DNA of 57,877 bases, filler included, from Circinaria calcarea (Eukaryota): assembly GCA_051942165.1 (NCBI GenBank). It is 2 parts of 2 records of this genome, joined end to end, with 100 filler letters (N's around TTAATTAATTAA, not from the genome) between each part and the next. Parts side by side here need not be neighbours in the genome. Positions count along the whole stretch, not along the records: positions 1 to 28,995 come from JAVECS010000050.1; 1 more part is not named here. One strand, given 5' to 3'. Below the pieces are notes generated by a model. That model did not search any database. It was given only the letters and a program-made list of their open reading frames with translations, and was not told the DNA's origin. A program made the position numbers and the translations under genes. The first letter of the stretch is position 1, and each line of letters opens with the position of its first letter. Shown here one piece after another: positions 11,699 to 24,700 of this stretch.

Positions 11699-13420
11699 CT
11701 AAAACATCGAGCTCTTTCGCTTCTCGGCATTCGTCAACACTAGAAGGGGTGCCTTGCGCCACTCATTGTCATCTTTGGAATCCTCAAGCTTGACTTCTAC
11801 CAGTCTCCCCCCTGTGCTAGTGCCCTCCTCACTGCTGAGACTGGTCGCGGTGAATTGACTATCTACCGAGTTCCTTTCCCGTGAACGCTCTTTGAGCTCT
11901 TTTCGCTCCGATCCGATAGCTCCATTCGCAGTCGGGCGGAAGCTCCCGATACTAGGTTCGCCTGAGAGGCTGGCACTTCCACTGCCGATGCTGTCGGAAT
12001 CCGTATCGGAGGAGGCAGAGAAAGTAATTTCGCTCTCGCTAGCCGGAGTTAAACTCTCGACACTGTCCATTGACCCATTCCCACGAGATGCAGTCCGACG
12101 TTCCAATCCAGCGCGAACGAGATTATGCACAGCACGACGGCGTTGCCGAGTTGCAAAATTCTTACTTCCCTCGAATTTGGTTGTTGGCTTAGCTATGAGT
12201 TCTTCCAACGACGGAGGTCCACGGGGCTGACGAATAGGATGCTCGCCAGCACGTCCTTGGCCAGGACCAAAAGTACCTGTCAAAGGTGTTTGGGGAAAAC
12301 CGGCGGACTTGAGCCCTGCGGTTTTTGGTCCGTCAGAAACACTCGCAGAAACAAAATTGACGTTGTTGGCAAGTGAAAGTGCTTTGCGATGTCCAGGACG
12401 GAAGGCATTAGCGGAAGGCGGTGGGAGGGGATTCATGTCTGCTTGCGGAGGCGAAGGGGCCGTCTTCGGAGGGGTACCGCTCCGATAAGCATTGAGAGTC
12501 GGTGACTCTGGAGGCGGAGATACTTGAGCCCGGAAAGTCGGCGTTGGTGGCGGAGGTGAGTGACTCAGTTCGGAACTCGAGAATGCAGGTGGCGAAGTGG
12601 ACTGGGTCATTTGGGAGTTGCGGTCGAAAAAGTAATTGACCTGACGTGTCATAGGATTGTACACAGTGTAAACACCTGGTTGATTGGGCACAGCCTGCAC
12701 AACCGGTTGGACGCCCTGCTGAAGCTGCTGATTGTAAAAGCCCACGTTTGGAGTCATGGCCATTTGCCCATATTGTTGCTGCTGAGCTATTCCGCTACCC
12801 AGATTCATGTCCTGGAACTGTTGAGTCGCAGCAGCAGCAGCTGTAACATTGATAAGCTGCTGTTGAAGTTCCATCTGCTGGCGAGCAAGATATTGGTTGG
12901 TTCGGACAAGCTCATCGTAAATATTCTGATCCATCTGCGTACTTCCCTGTCCATGTCCAATCTGGATGCCCGGTGGGGCAAGTACCTGCTCTGGAAGCGA
13001 ATACATCTGATTCATACCATTCCCACCGTAACGATTCTGATAAGCATTCGAAAAGGTCGCACCTGTAGCTGTTTGTGGCATTCCTCTTGGAGTGTAGGAG
13101 TTCTGCGCATCCGCATAGCGACTTCCATCGAGACCGGTACGTTGATCATGCTCGAGCTGTGTTGGTGGGGCAGAGGTTGGAAAGGTCGGTGACTTCGGTG
13201 CAGTTCTCAACCCAGCGAGAAGATGAGATCGGCTTGTCCTAGGCTGGGCCGGTTTATTTTCGTCAATGGTTGAGATCTTGGACGGCGGAGCAAAACTCAA
13301 ACGCTTGATATTGGACCCTTTCCCACGGGAGGCAAAGCCGGAGCTTGGAAGTCCGAGGCCACCATTGAAGGCGTTCTGGTTGTATGTCATCTGAGCTAGG
13401 CCGCCGGCGTCAAAGCTCAT
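11699..13420 (-). CDS. Intronless hypothetical protein, 573 aa, low complexity (Q/N-rich middle, P/S-rich, PIRQPRGPP motif)
   Basis: Single long ORF with good ATG context and conserved-looking islands: RTSRSHLLAGLRTAPK, PIRQPRGPPSLEEL...SKNFATRQRRRAV and a terminal LVLTNAEKRKS. Confidence 0.85.
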   Translation of the reverse strand: MSFDAGGLAQMTYNQNAFNGGLGLPSSGFASRGKGSNIKRLSFAPPSKISTIDENKPAQPRTSRSHLLAGLRTAPKSPTFPTSAPPTQLEHDQRTGLDGSRYADAQNSYTPRGMPQTATGATFSNAYQNRYGGNGMNQMYSLPEQVLAPPGIQIGHGQGSTQMDQNIYDELVRTNQYLARQQMELQQQLINVTAAAAATQQFQDMNLGSGIAQQQQYGQMAMTPNVGFYNQQLQQGVQPVVQAVPNQPGVYTVYNPMTRQVNYFFDRNSQMTQSTSPPAFSSSELSHSPPPPTPTFRAQVSPPPESPTLNAYRSGTPPKTAPSPPQADMNPLPPPSANAFRPGHRKALSLANNVNFVSASVSDGPKTAGLKSAGFPQTPLTGTFGPGQGRAGEHPIRQPRGPPSLEELIAKPTTKFEGSKNFATRQRRRAVHNLVRAGLERRTASRGNGSMDSVESLTPASESEITFSASSDTDSDSIGSGSASLSGEPSIGSFRPTANGAIGSERKELKERSRERNSVDSQFTATSLSSEEGTSTGGRLVEVKLEDSKDDNEWRKAPLLVLTNAEKRKSSMF

Positions 13421-15474
13421 CTTGACCTAAGTCGTTCGTGGAGGATTTAGGAGAGTTTGAGTGTAGTAGGGCTTCACGTCTTTGGTGTAAAGCCGCTTTC
13501 TGGCTGATGAGGTACAGCAATGTACAAATCGTGGGTATCAGGCGTTCGATCGAACACCACGATCAAGGTGCTGATGATGTAATCTGATCGATGAGAGTGA
13601 GTGGTGGTTTGGGAGAAATATAGGACGTGACGGCTAGGTGAAGTGTTGAGATCAGGTGAACTTTTGTGACTGAGATGCCTCCGTAGTAAGATCGGTCCTC
13701 AAGAGCTTCAACGTATGCAGAAGCAAGACTTGTTCCTCTCTATGTTTCACAACAAAAGGATCGATTAGATTCGGTGGTACCGAAGCATGAAGGTGGGAGA
13801 GAGGGAGGCAGCTCACCTTGAGTATTAAATGCTCGATGATGTGTGAATGATGAATTATTTGACGCGAAATGGAAGTGAATTAGAAGTAGGCGCGATGCCC
13901 TGGCGTTGGATGGACAATGGGAAAAGTAGTATTATCTCCGCACAAGGTGGAAGGCGCACGGGAAAGATCGCTGGAAGGGCTCTGAAATTGCACTGCAATC
14001 CACGAGCAGAGTCTATGGGTAAACCGGATATGGATTGATATCCAGGGCGCAATGATTAATAGGACAAAATGTCGCCGTCTTAATCCGCTAGAGTGGTCCT
14101 CCTACCGATACACACGACGATGAGAATGGCGACAGGGAAAAGGAAGGGCAGTGGGATGGTAAAGTACAATTATGGTGGGAGGGAGAAGAGACGGCCGTGA
14201 GGACGGAGGAGTAGGAGGAGAGGCAAGAATGTTTTAGGGGGCGTGTCCACTGTCCGGTTGGACTTTGGCTCTGGGCTCAGGGCTCAGGGCTGCAGCAGCA
14301 ACAGATTTCACGCGCTCTGATTGGACTCGCCTGGCCTAATGCTACAGTGGCAGGGGCGACTTGGAGATAGTGGGCTTTTGTCGCCCACGCATTCAATCAA
14401 AGTGGGACTTTCGTAGGACTCGATCAGTAGGACCTGGTTGATGCGGCACTTTGGTCCTACTAATAACTCTATCAAGCCTGTCATCTTTGCCAATTACAGG
14501 GCTCATATTCCTGGCGTGCGGAGCCGTATTGCTTGCATCCCACACCTCCGAATCACTGAACCGGCACCTTCTCTTCGCTGATTCGGTCTCCCGTCCATCT
14601 ATCCTTGGCCCCGCAAGTTCTCGAAGAAGGGCCGGTCGGGCAACTCGTGGATACTGGACTGGCGGTGAAGCATCTTTTCGGCCAATGGATAGGCTCGACC
14701 CTCAAGGCCATCGACGTGAACTTGAGGGCTCTCCCAAATGCGTGGATGCTCCAGCGTTCGAGGTCTAGGCGATCGGCAGGGGAGCAAGCCATGACTTGTT
14801 GGTACGGCGCTTACCCAGATCTTTCGATCAGAGCCACCAATCCGAGGACCATGCCTCCTTGGTGGCTTTCCCTCCTCTTTAGCATTCACGCGGGGTGACT
14901 TGACTATTCTCGCCAAGATGCACTTGTGACAATAACGTGGGCGTCTAGCAACCAGTCAAGCCATGCTGCTCAAAGTCGGCCGGGTACTTCAGCCATGCTA
15001 CCCGCGCTCCACGGCATCAGAAGCCGAAGTGGATGTTCGCAAGCTCGTGGAATAATCGCCACCTCGGCAGGAGCATGTTGAAGATATTCATGGATCGATC
15101 TGCAGGAGCTGATTTAGGAGTTGCGACAACGCTAGCAGCCGCGTTCGACCTGAAACGCCGGCATCAAGCAGTACCCATCGACGATCAAATCATCATGCAG
15201 TACTGCGGTACGGGTACCGCCTCATTCAGCAGTCAACCCCGGGTCACTCGAGTACTACTGCTTCTGCCCCACACAAGATTTGGTGGCTTGTCGACGGCCG
15301 TCTTTCAGAGGGCAGTAGGAGTTAGGAGTAAGAAATACGAAAAGATGACTTTATATTCAATCCCTGAAAAAGCGGTGTTACCAGAACGTGATAAAGCTGA
15401 TGATGGATAGAGACTACCTATATAAACTACAACTAATCGGACAATCAAGCTAACCAAAGCGACGATAACCCATC

Positions 15475-17426
15475 CTATGCAATCCAGAACCAAATCTTTT
15501 CGAAGATGTTTCGGGGAATTTGGTCAGGCCATTGCGAGTCGGCGGCATCCATCGCGGCCTTGCCAGTGTAAATGTCCGCCTCCTCCGGCTTGACCCACTT
15601 CGTACGCTTAAAGATCTTCCAGAACCCAAACAAGGAGAAGAAGATTGGAATTGAGATATAAGACGTGATGAAGCCGTTGACACTAAAAGGGCTAAAGACA
15701 TAGAATCCATTGAAAACGATGATGATGCTGAAGAAGATCAACGCTCCCCAAGCGAGGTATGGCTGGAAAGGGGACCTGAAAACCAAGGTTTTACGATCAA
15801 CGCCCTGCGCTTTGAGTGCCTTATGGAACTGGATGTAAGCGATACAAATGCTGCACCAGGTGAAAAGACTGGAAGCGCTTATCAGACTCTGGAACCATTG
15901 GAAGACGACGTTGGATCCACTGGAGCAACTCAGATATGTCAAGAGCGATATCGTCGCAGTTATCAAGACAGCCCAATAGGGTACGCCTCTGGAAAGATAT
16001 TAATAAGGGTGTTTGTTGACGGTAGCATCTCATGACTTACTTCTTCGAGCACTTCAAGAAGACTTTTGGTGCTTGTCCATTTTGTGCCAAAGCATACATG
16101 TACCGACTTCCGACGTAAAGGAACGAATTGGCCGACGAACTCGCCGAGGTTAAGATGACGGCATTGATGACGGAGGGCAGGCCTTTAATTCCGGCTCGGT
16201 CGATTGCAATCACCCATGGAGACTGAGCCGCGCCCTTGGAACCGGCCTCCTGAGCGCTGAGAAGGTTTCTGTCGTTGTAAGGAACTAGGACGCCAATGGC
16301 AAGAGATCCCAGAACATAGAAGAACAAGATACGCCAGAAAACACGGCGAACAGCCTTGGGAATGTTCTTTCTGGGGTTCTCGGCTTCACCGGCAGCCACA
16401 GCCACGGTTTCCACACCCCCATAGGAGAACGTAGCATTGACCAAAGTGGAGAAGAAACCTAGGAATCGTCCAGTGTTTGGATCGTTACTGTAGAACAGAT
16501 TCATAGCTCCGGGATTTTTCCAGTACCGGAATCCAAGGCGATCGCGATTTGGCCCTCCACCGAGGTCAAGGATGAAGGCGAGGAGTAAGAGTCCAACAAT
16601 AGTAATGATCTTGATACCCGCGAAGCAGAATTCGGCTTCACCGTAGATGGCAACCGCAACCAAATTTAGGAGAAGAATGAGTACAATAACTAGTGTAATC
16701 CAAGCAGCCACGTTGATGCCCTCGGCCCCTCTCCAATACTGTATGACAATTGCCGCGGCCGAAATCTCGGCGCAAAGGGTGATGGCAGAATTGTACCAAG
16801 TCTGGAAAGGGTTAGGAATTTTGGGGGCCCAAGAGATGTAAAGCAGAGACTTACATTCCAACCGACTGCGAAACCCATGGCTCCATCGACATAACGTGCA
16901 CAAAATTGAGGGATTGCTCCAGGTAGCGGAAGCCAGGTGGCCATTTCACCGAGGGATTGCATCTATCGATCGAAAAAAATTAGTACGATTAATCTTGGAA
17001 GAACTACTACTAGTCGCGGATCCGGTTGCGACCTTAACGTACCATGGCATAGATCGCACAGCCAGTAAGCGTGTAGCCGAGCAAAAGACTGAGAGGGCCA
17101 GCTTGTGTTAGGGCTTTCCCGATACCCAAGAAAAGTCCAGTACCAATCGTTCCGCCAAGAGCAATGAACTGGATGTGGCGGGACTTGAGCCTGGATCATC
17201 CTATCAGCCTCTATAACTACTTGAAAGCGTGTGCGTTGAGATTTACTTACCCACGAGAGACATAGCCGTACTCTTCAGCAGAACCAATATCACCATAAAT
17301 GTCGGCGGCCTCGCCCATCCGGAGTCCCTTGTTCTCAACGAGGTCGTGGATTTTGTCGTTTTTGTACGGAGGGACCTCGCTACCGGATCCCTCCTTATCC
17401 TCGCTGTATTGGGATTGTTTCTCCAT
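15475..17426 (-). CDS. Amino-acid permease (YAT/APC family, proline-permease-like), multi-exon
   Basis: MEKQSQYSED...YGYVSRG, LKSRHIQFIALGGTIGTGLFLGIG, LGEMATWLPLPGAIPQFCARYVD, YGEAEF, DRLGFRYWKNPG, GEAENPRKNIPKAVRRVFWRILFFY, FRSPFQPY; canonical GT-AG introns. Confidence 0.95.
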
Positions 17427-17569
17427 TTTGAGGTCGAAGATGTCCCTCGATCAAGCTTGATACTATGATCGCATCCAAAATCCCCACGGATGCCGGACGA
17501 AGAGAAAACCAGAGAGGTTGGCCCAAGTGGAAGGAAAGGGACGGAACTGGTGCCAGGAAAGCAAGGGAA

Positions 17570-18295
17570 CCGAAGATAACCAAATCTACGGTAAGGTTGG
17601 TCACGGGGTACTGTCTCGGAGTAGGCCTTAAGATGACAACATGACAACCAAACGTTTCTTTGATGGAACCACCGAGATCATATATAAGGTCCGCGAAGCT
17701 TTTAGCTTCGAGCAGCTGAGATCAAGATGACAAGACGGGTCGGCGCCGAATGCATCCAATCCACCTTACCCTGATAATCGGGATAAATTCCTGAGCGGAA
17801 TGGTCAGTTCGCTTAAGGGCCGATGCAGATAAGCAGCCAATGGAGCGGTGGAAGTGGTTACGCAACGATATAATCCTTGAGCCTTCGTGCCTTTGAATCT
17901 CCTTGGCGCGCAGTCCACCAGAACGGTAATTAGCGGGCGGCGATTATTGGGGCGTGGGCCAAGCAGCACTAGACGCCGAACCACTCGTATCTTTTCATTT
18001 CAAATCAGTTTGAGATAACAATCTGCCCAACCAAGCCCTGATCCGGGAAAACCGGCGACGAGTATCTTCGCCACTGTCCGACTGCAAAATACTCGATGCC
18101 GATATGGTCGTCCATGGGGCAATCCGTTGAAGTTTCAGTGATCTGCAGTAAATTATACCGGTTTCCCCAATATACAGTAATGGCGTTAGAAAGGCAATGG
18201 CCATGCGGCGAACCCATGTCAAAAGGCAGGAATGGTTAGATGTGAGCCGCGTGACTTGAGTTACCGGGAAGGATTCACGAATCACCCTTATCGGG
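17570..18295. promoter_or_regulatory. Cluster of GATA (HGATAR-like) sites upstream of the amino-acid permease; possible AreA/NIT2 nitrogen control
   Basis: GATAA/TTATC cores at about 17575, 17773, 17782, 17828, 18014 and 18288, including a closely spaced pair (ctGATAAtcggGATAAa). Confidence 0.4.
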
Positions 18296-20166
18296 GACAA
18301 AGTCCAGAAAGGCAGTTAAGGAGCGCAAGTCCCCGTCTTAAATCCCTGCAATGTGCGCTGGACTCCTACAGGCCGGAGAGCCCAAGCTTCGGGTGAGCCT
18401 AACCAAACACCTTTAAGACGAGCCTGGCCCTGTTAGCGAAGAGGCAGATCCGTCGACGCTTTTTTGTTGTTCTCCCCAGGATGTGGACATCCAAACGCTT
18501 CTCTGCCGGTGGGGGATCGCATATGCTGCCTCCTCTTGCGACTGTTAATAAGTAGTCGAGAGCATCTGCGGAGCAGTTTCACATCGTCGTATCATTAATG
18601 GTAATGATCTAAATCCTCTGAAAGTGGGCTTACAGAGTTGAACTCCTTATCGTCGCCTCCATAACCTAGCGCTTCTAAGCCACTCGTCATTGCGGATCGG
18701 ACTGAGGAAGCCGGGCATATTCCCCTCATGGGCGTGATGAATACCACCCTTCCGCATCTAAACACCTCACGTCGGGCCTAATTCCTCGATATCAATTCAC
18801 GCAGTTCGCCTGTTGCTTGCGGTCTTCCCGAAATCCATCCTAGCGTGGAGCAGGGATGCTGCTGACTCCCTTCTAGAACAACTCAAATACTACTCCATAC
18901 GGAGTACACCACCTCCACTGAGCTTTCCGCTTAGTGGGGTACGGTAGGCTTTCGACAGAGAACTAGAAACTTGGCTTGGATAAGTCTGGACCTCACCGAG
19001 GTCCGATCTTCCCGGAAAGCGTCGGCAGAACCACTTCAATGCTCAAATAACTCGGTGGTGATAATCATCCGTCTTTGGCACTGATTGCATCTTGGCACGC
19101 GTCTTCCGATGGAATTCTAGATGGCGAAGAAGAATTGCTTCTGCTAGGAACATGATGATTTGAGTCATCGGGTGAGAGCACATTATGTCTATTCCAATTG
19201 TTACTCTGAACTAGACTTTGACCTCGTATGATCAAATTATTGATGATCCCATGTTTGATTTTCCCTCCCCCGATGTTCTTGAGTCCTCTTGAGTCCTACA
19301 AACATCTCATTATTCTATACCACAAGGGAATGCTGGGAAGGACCGAGCATGCGATTGAGGGGAACGATTAGGACTGCCTTTCTTGTTTGCTTTTTACTTG
19401 GGCCGGGAGTCCGAATGCAAAGCAAGGGATGAAAATACAAGGCCCTTTCCCTATTATCCTGCACGATTCCGTTCTTGATTTGGAATATTGAAGCTAGTCG
19501 TGTTCACGTAAACATGCTGACAAGCAATACCTGGTGCCACGAGACTATCCTCAACTGATGTCTACCGATTTGCGGTGAATCTGTCCTCCACGCTTTTATT
19601 CACGTAAGCATCGATTGGTCAACGCAATTGCAAACAATGTAACAATAGATCGGACCTCAGGTCCGTGGCGCTAGGGCAATTAATCAACGAGAATAAATCT
19701 TCAGCGTCATATATCCTCCTAGAAAATGTCACAGGATGATTACATTGACCAAGAGCTGACCCATGCTACTATTAGGCTCAGTTGGAAGCTCTTCGTCCAT
19801 ACATGAAGCTAGATCTGTACTCTATATACTGGGGTGGCGGAAGCTTTGTTTTCGAAGGAGCAGATTGCTATGCAAAGCCTAGGGCCATTGTATCTACAAC
19901 ACTCGTGGATATCCCGGGCCGACTGAACGACGTAGATACAGTACTAAGTTGTATGTAGCATCTTAGCACTATGCCCTATACATTTGTTTAATAGATATCG
20001 GCGTTCATTCACTTGTCGCCGACCACGATTTATTGTGGAGCTTGCTTTTGCATTAAGCGAGTTGACGCACACAAAAGGAACTCGAAGCTGTGACTCAACA
20101 AATGTTTAAAGAACAGTCCATACCTAGTTGTCCACGCACGTTCGACTGCAGGGCAGAGCTATTAAA

Positions 20167-21276
20167 ATGGTAAGTCGAGATTGTATACTACTGTCCCTGT
20201 GCTACAGATCTTAAACGAAGATGGTGGCATAAGTAGAGTCCTTGCAAGCTGCTTCGGAGGTTCTGAAGTGTTAATTGCTGACTCGAGGTTCTTGGACAGC
20301 CTTTCACAAAGCTGGTTAAGAATAGCGCGTACTATAGGTGAGTATGATTTCTGAGTAATCTTCTCTATACTCAAGGGTCCTTGGATACTAATACATCCCT
20401 CCCAACAGTCGCTATCAAACCAAATACAAGCGTCGTAGGGCTGGTAAGACCGACTACTACGCCCGCAAGCGTCTCATCACCCAGGCGAAGAACAAGTACA
20501 ATGCCCCAAAGTACCGTCTCGTTGTCCGCTTTACAAACCGAGACGTTATCTGTCAGATTGTCACATCCGAAATCACCGGTGATAAGGTCTTTTGCGCTGC
20601 CTATTCTCACGAGTTGAAGCGCTACGGTATAAAGCATGGACTCACCAACTGGGCCGCAGCGTATGCTACCGGTCTGCTCATTGCTCGTCGGGCATTGCAG
20701 AAACTTGGCTTGAATGAGCACTTTTCGGGCGTGGAGGAAGCGGATGGAGAATATAAGTTGACCGAGGCTGCGGAGGTTGATGGGGAGGACCGTCGGCCAT
20801 TCAAGTGCTATCTTGATGTTGGGCTTGCTCGAACTTCGACTGGTTGCAGAGTATTTGGTGCGATGAAGGGGGCTTCAGATGGTGGAATCCTTATCCCCCA
20901 CTCGGAGAACCGCTTCCCCGGCTACGACATCGAAACGAAAGAGCTAGACGCTGAGACCCTCCGCAAGTACATCTTCGGTGGACACGTTGCGGAGTATATG
21001 GAAACTTTGGCCGACGATGACGAGGAACGCTACAAGTCACAGTTCCAGGGCTACCTCGACGACGACATCGAAGCAGAGGGTTTGGAGGAGCTTTATCAGG
21101 AAGCCCACAAGGCGATTCGCGAGGATCCTTTCAAGAAGGATGACGAGGAGGGCGAGAAGAAGTCGAAAGAGGAGTACAAGGCCGAGTCTCTCAAATACAG
21201 GAAGGGCAAGATGAGTTACGAGGAAAAGCGTGAGCGTGTCAAGGCTAAGATTGAGGCGCTGAAGTCTTCTGCGTGA
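20167..21276 (+). CDS. RPL5: 60S ribosomal protein L5 (uL18); first coding exon is the ATG alone
   Basis: ATG followed by gtaagt (20167-20169); exon 2 [13 protein letters not shown]; exon 3 [43 protein letters not shown]...[18 protein letters not shown]...[11 protein letters not shown]...GASDGG. Confidence 0.98.
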
Positions 21277-21776
21277 GAGGGATGATCCAAAAGGAAGCAA
21301 AGATATTGGACTTCCACTTATGCATCTTGATGAGTCGCAAGTATCCGAAAAAGGTTCTACCCCAGCTTACCAATAACTTAGAGCTCTTTCCCTAGAGAGC
21401 ATTGTTGCTTGTCAAATGTTTACTGATGCTCACATATTACCACACCATCATGTGCCTCAAGTCCCAAAGTAGAGTCGATGCGCCATTGGTTTCCCTTTCT
21501 GTCAGCAGGCTTACGCTTTTGTAAATCTCCGACCGTCAGTCACAGCATAAATACTTAGAATTAGTTGTACATTGTGATGAATAATTTCTTAATTACCTGA
21601 TCTTGGGTAGCAATGCTAGCCATGGTGTGAACCCCGCGTAAGCCTCACGAACGGGAGAGATAAAGTCCTTTCGAATGTTCATTCCTTCCAACCTTACAGC
21701 CCTTGAAATCTTACGTGCACGGTCTTGATATGTCGCTATCCTGATTGGAAGCCGAGGACCGGAGGACGACAGAGCC

Positions 21777-24700
21777 ATGGAGGGTGTTCATGGAGTAGAC
21801 GTTAGTTGGTTGCATCACTCGCACAAGGGTAAGTCCTTGCTCAGCTGCACCGTTCACCATATATGATCCGGTGGACGACATCGCAAAGCCCTGTTTTAAT
21901 CCACACCATGTTGTAGACAGATCTGCTGATCACAATCGTGTACGTAGACCGACGTCCCCACAAACTCTCACCGTCTGCTTCGAACGGTTCGACAGTACCA
22001 GCTGCCCGAGATGGGACACTACGGTCTGCAAAACTCAATGATGGTGAGAGCCCGGATCAGGCCTCTTCGAAGGCAAATGGGGCCTCCGCTTCTCAAGATC
22101 ATAACCATTTCCATAAACCGCATCTGCTGAGCCGTCCAAGCTCAGAGAAACTTGGCCCTACCACGGCGCACCCTTTACCCAAAAGTCCCCAAGACCCCAA
22201 AGCAAGCGTACCATCTTCCCCAAGGAGGCGAACGTCTTGGATTTCCAGTATCAGTTCTAAGTTTACGTCATCCGAGAATCAGTCAGCTGCTACACCCCAA
22301 TCTGCGTCAAGCCCTACCGCCAAACCATTAGCAAGCCCCAAACCAGAGCCAAGTCCAACTGGTGCGGCGTCTCCGTCCGAGTCTAAAGATACAAAACATC
22401 CGGAAGCACCTACACCACAGCCCCCTCAGTCCCCCAAATCCGGGCAAGGTTCCTTTATACAAAATGCATTTCGACGATTGTCTTCATCCAGCGGTACGGT
22501 CACCTTGGGAAGGGCGACAGGCAGTGGAAGTATCTGTCAGCGAAAGGTGATGAATATAGATCCATACCGAGCACGATGTCAGATTGAGGATCTCCAACCA
22601 GCAAAGTTAAGGCGTGTCGCATTTTGTGTGGATGTCGAGATTGCAAGCGCGGCTAAATACGTATACGATGATGATGACGACTCTTCAGAAGTGCTTCCCC
22701 CACCTGACCGCCGACCCAATCTTACGCAACTCGAGAATCAAGCTGAGGCGAGAAAGCAGAAAGATAAGAAGGTGAAGGAGAGAGGCGAGGGCGAGGCTCT
22801 GAAATATCCACAGCTTTTGACAGACGAGAAGGAGACAAAGGGCAATCTTAAGGAAACCAAGGAGGGACTAGCGTCATATTCAAACGTCCAAGGCTCAAGA
22901 GTCGACAAGGTTGAAGGTACAGAAAATAAGGACTCCTCCCGGAAAAGGGAGAAAAAGAAGCGATCCGAGGAGGAGAGAAAGGAAAGAAAAGAACGCAGAA
23001 AGCGAGAAGCCGTCGAAAATGGCAGTATTCCTATCGAGCGTTCCAAGGATGATAGTAGCGCAGGAGACTCGTCGTCGCCCAGAGCCTCAACTCCATCCAA
23101 GCCGCAAGATCGACCCACAACAGATCCTGTAAGGATCTATCGTAGATGCTGTCAACTTCGAGAAACACCGATCCTGAGACGCATCACCGAGCAGCTTTCT
23201 TCAAGCGACCCGATGTCGCCTGGCACAATCTTGTGCCTCGACCTTTCAAATTATTGGATGCAACTTCCTGACTTGATCACTTTAGGAGATTACCTAGCTG
23301 TCGTACCCGTCAGGAAGCTAATTTTGGAGAATTGCGGATTGACTGATGAAGCTGTACGAGTCGTCCTTGCCGGTCTACTTGCCGCAAAAACTCCAGATCA
23401 AGCCAGGCATAACAAGCATATAGCCAAGAAGGCGATTGAGCACCAACAAGGCGCAACCGAGAGGCTCGGCGTGATTGAAAAACTATCGCTCAAGAACAAT
23501 CCGAGGCTTGGTAGAGATGGCTGGAGACATATAGGGCTTTTTATCCATATGTCACGATCACTCAAAGCTATAGACCTTTCTATGATACCATTTCCACGAC
23601 CAATAACCTCCTCCAATAGTCGCGGCTCACCGATCAGGTCGCCAGGTACCCCAAAGGCCGCTCCTGACACATCCATGCTTTTCCAAAGAGCACTGGGCAC
23701 ACGGCCTGCGGGTTCTCGTCTGGAGGAACTCGTTATGGCCGAATGCGGTCTAGATTCTGATGACATTGAAAGGATAGTAGACGGCGTCATCCAATGTGGC
23801 TCGACTAGACTAGGGCTTGCAAACAACAACATAACGCAAGACGGCCTTCAACATGTGGTCCGATACGTACGGATGGGGAAATGTGAGGGACTTGATTTAG
23901 GTGGAAATGATTTGTCAAACGATCTGCATATCTTGGCAGATGCGCTGGGCAACAAGAATGCGCTATACGCCTTGAGTCTGGCAGATTGCACTCTCTCTGC
24001 CTCATCACTCAAACCACTTTTCCCCGCTCTTGTCTGCCTCCCAAACTTCCGCTTTATCGACCTCTCTCATAACCGGAACCTGTTCTCTACGCAGCCAAAC
24101 GCACTTGGTCTTCTTCGGAGATACCTACCTCAGATGCCTGTGTTGAAAAGAGTACACCTTGCAGATGTAGATCTATCATCCGAGCATGCGATTGCTTTGG
24201 CGGAAGTCTTACCAGAAAGCCCTAGTCTCGCACACTTGAATATATTAGAGAACCCTCAGCTAACCGCATTGGCTTCAGCAAAGGACGAGGCTAGCCAAGA
24301 AGAGGCTTGCGCATTGTATGCATCTCTGATGGCTGCGGTTCGCGTGTCGAATTCTATTGTTTGTATCGATGTTGATGTGCCAAGTCCAGACTCCAGTGAA
24401 ATAGTCAAGGCCATGGCAAAGCAGGTCGTTGCGTATTCATTGAGGAATATGGAGCGAGGTCCAGTAGCTGAAGCTTATGCATCGGCGGCTGCTTCCATTG
24501 CTGATCCTCATGGCGGAGAGAAATACGTCAATGTTCCAGATGTGCTGTTGCACCTCGTTGGTCATGTAGATGGCTTTCCAGAAAACGATGACAGTGATGA
24601 GCCAGCACCAGATGAAGATTACATTGTTGGTGGCACGGGTCTCGTGAAGGCACTCGGAGTTTGCCTTGGTAATAAGGCGATTGACTACAGAAGATCTTCC

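Noticed and set aside
12560..13192. 210-aa antisense ORF, and similar antisense ORFs over RPL5, MHP1, LCB3, both ERG26 copies and TYW2
   Set aside because: Shadow ORFs on the opposite strand of real genes.
14451..15410. Several overlapping 80-125 aa ORFs upstream of the 573-aa gene
   Set aside because: No family motifs and mostly non-ATG starts; probably promoter/UTR sequence.
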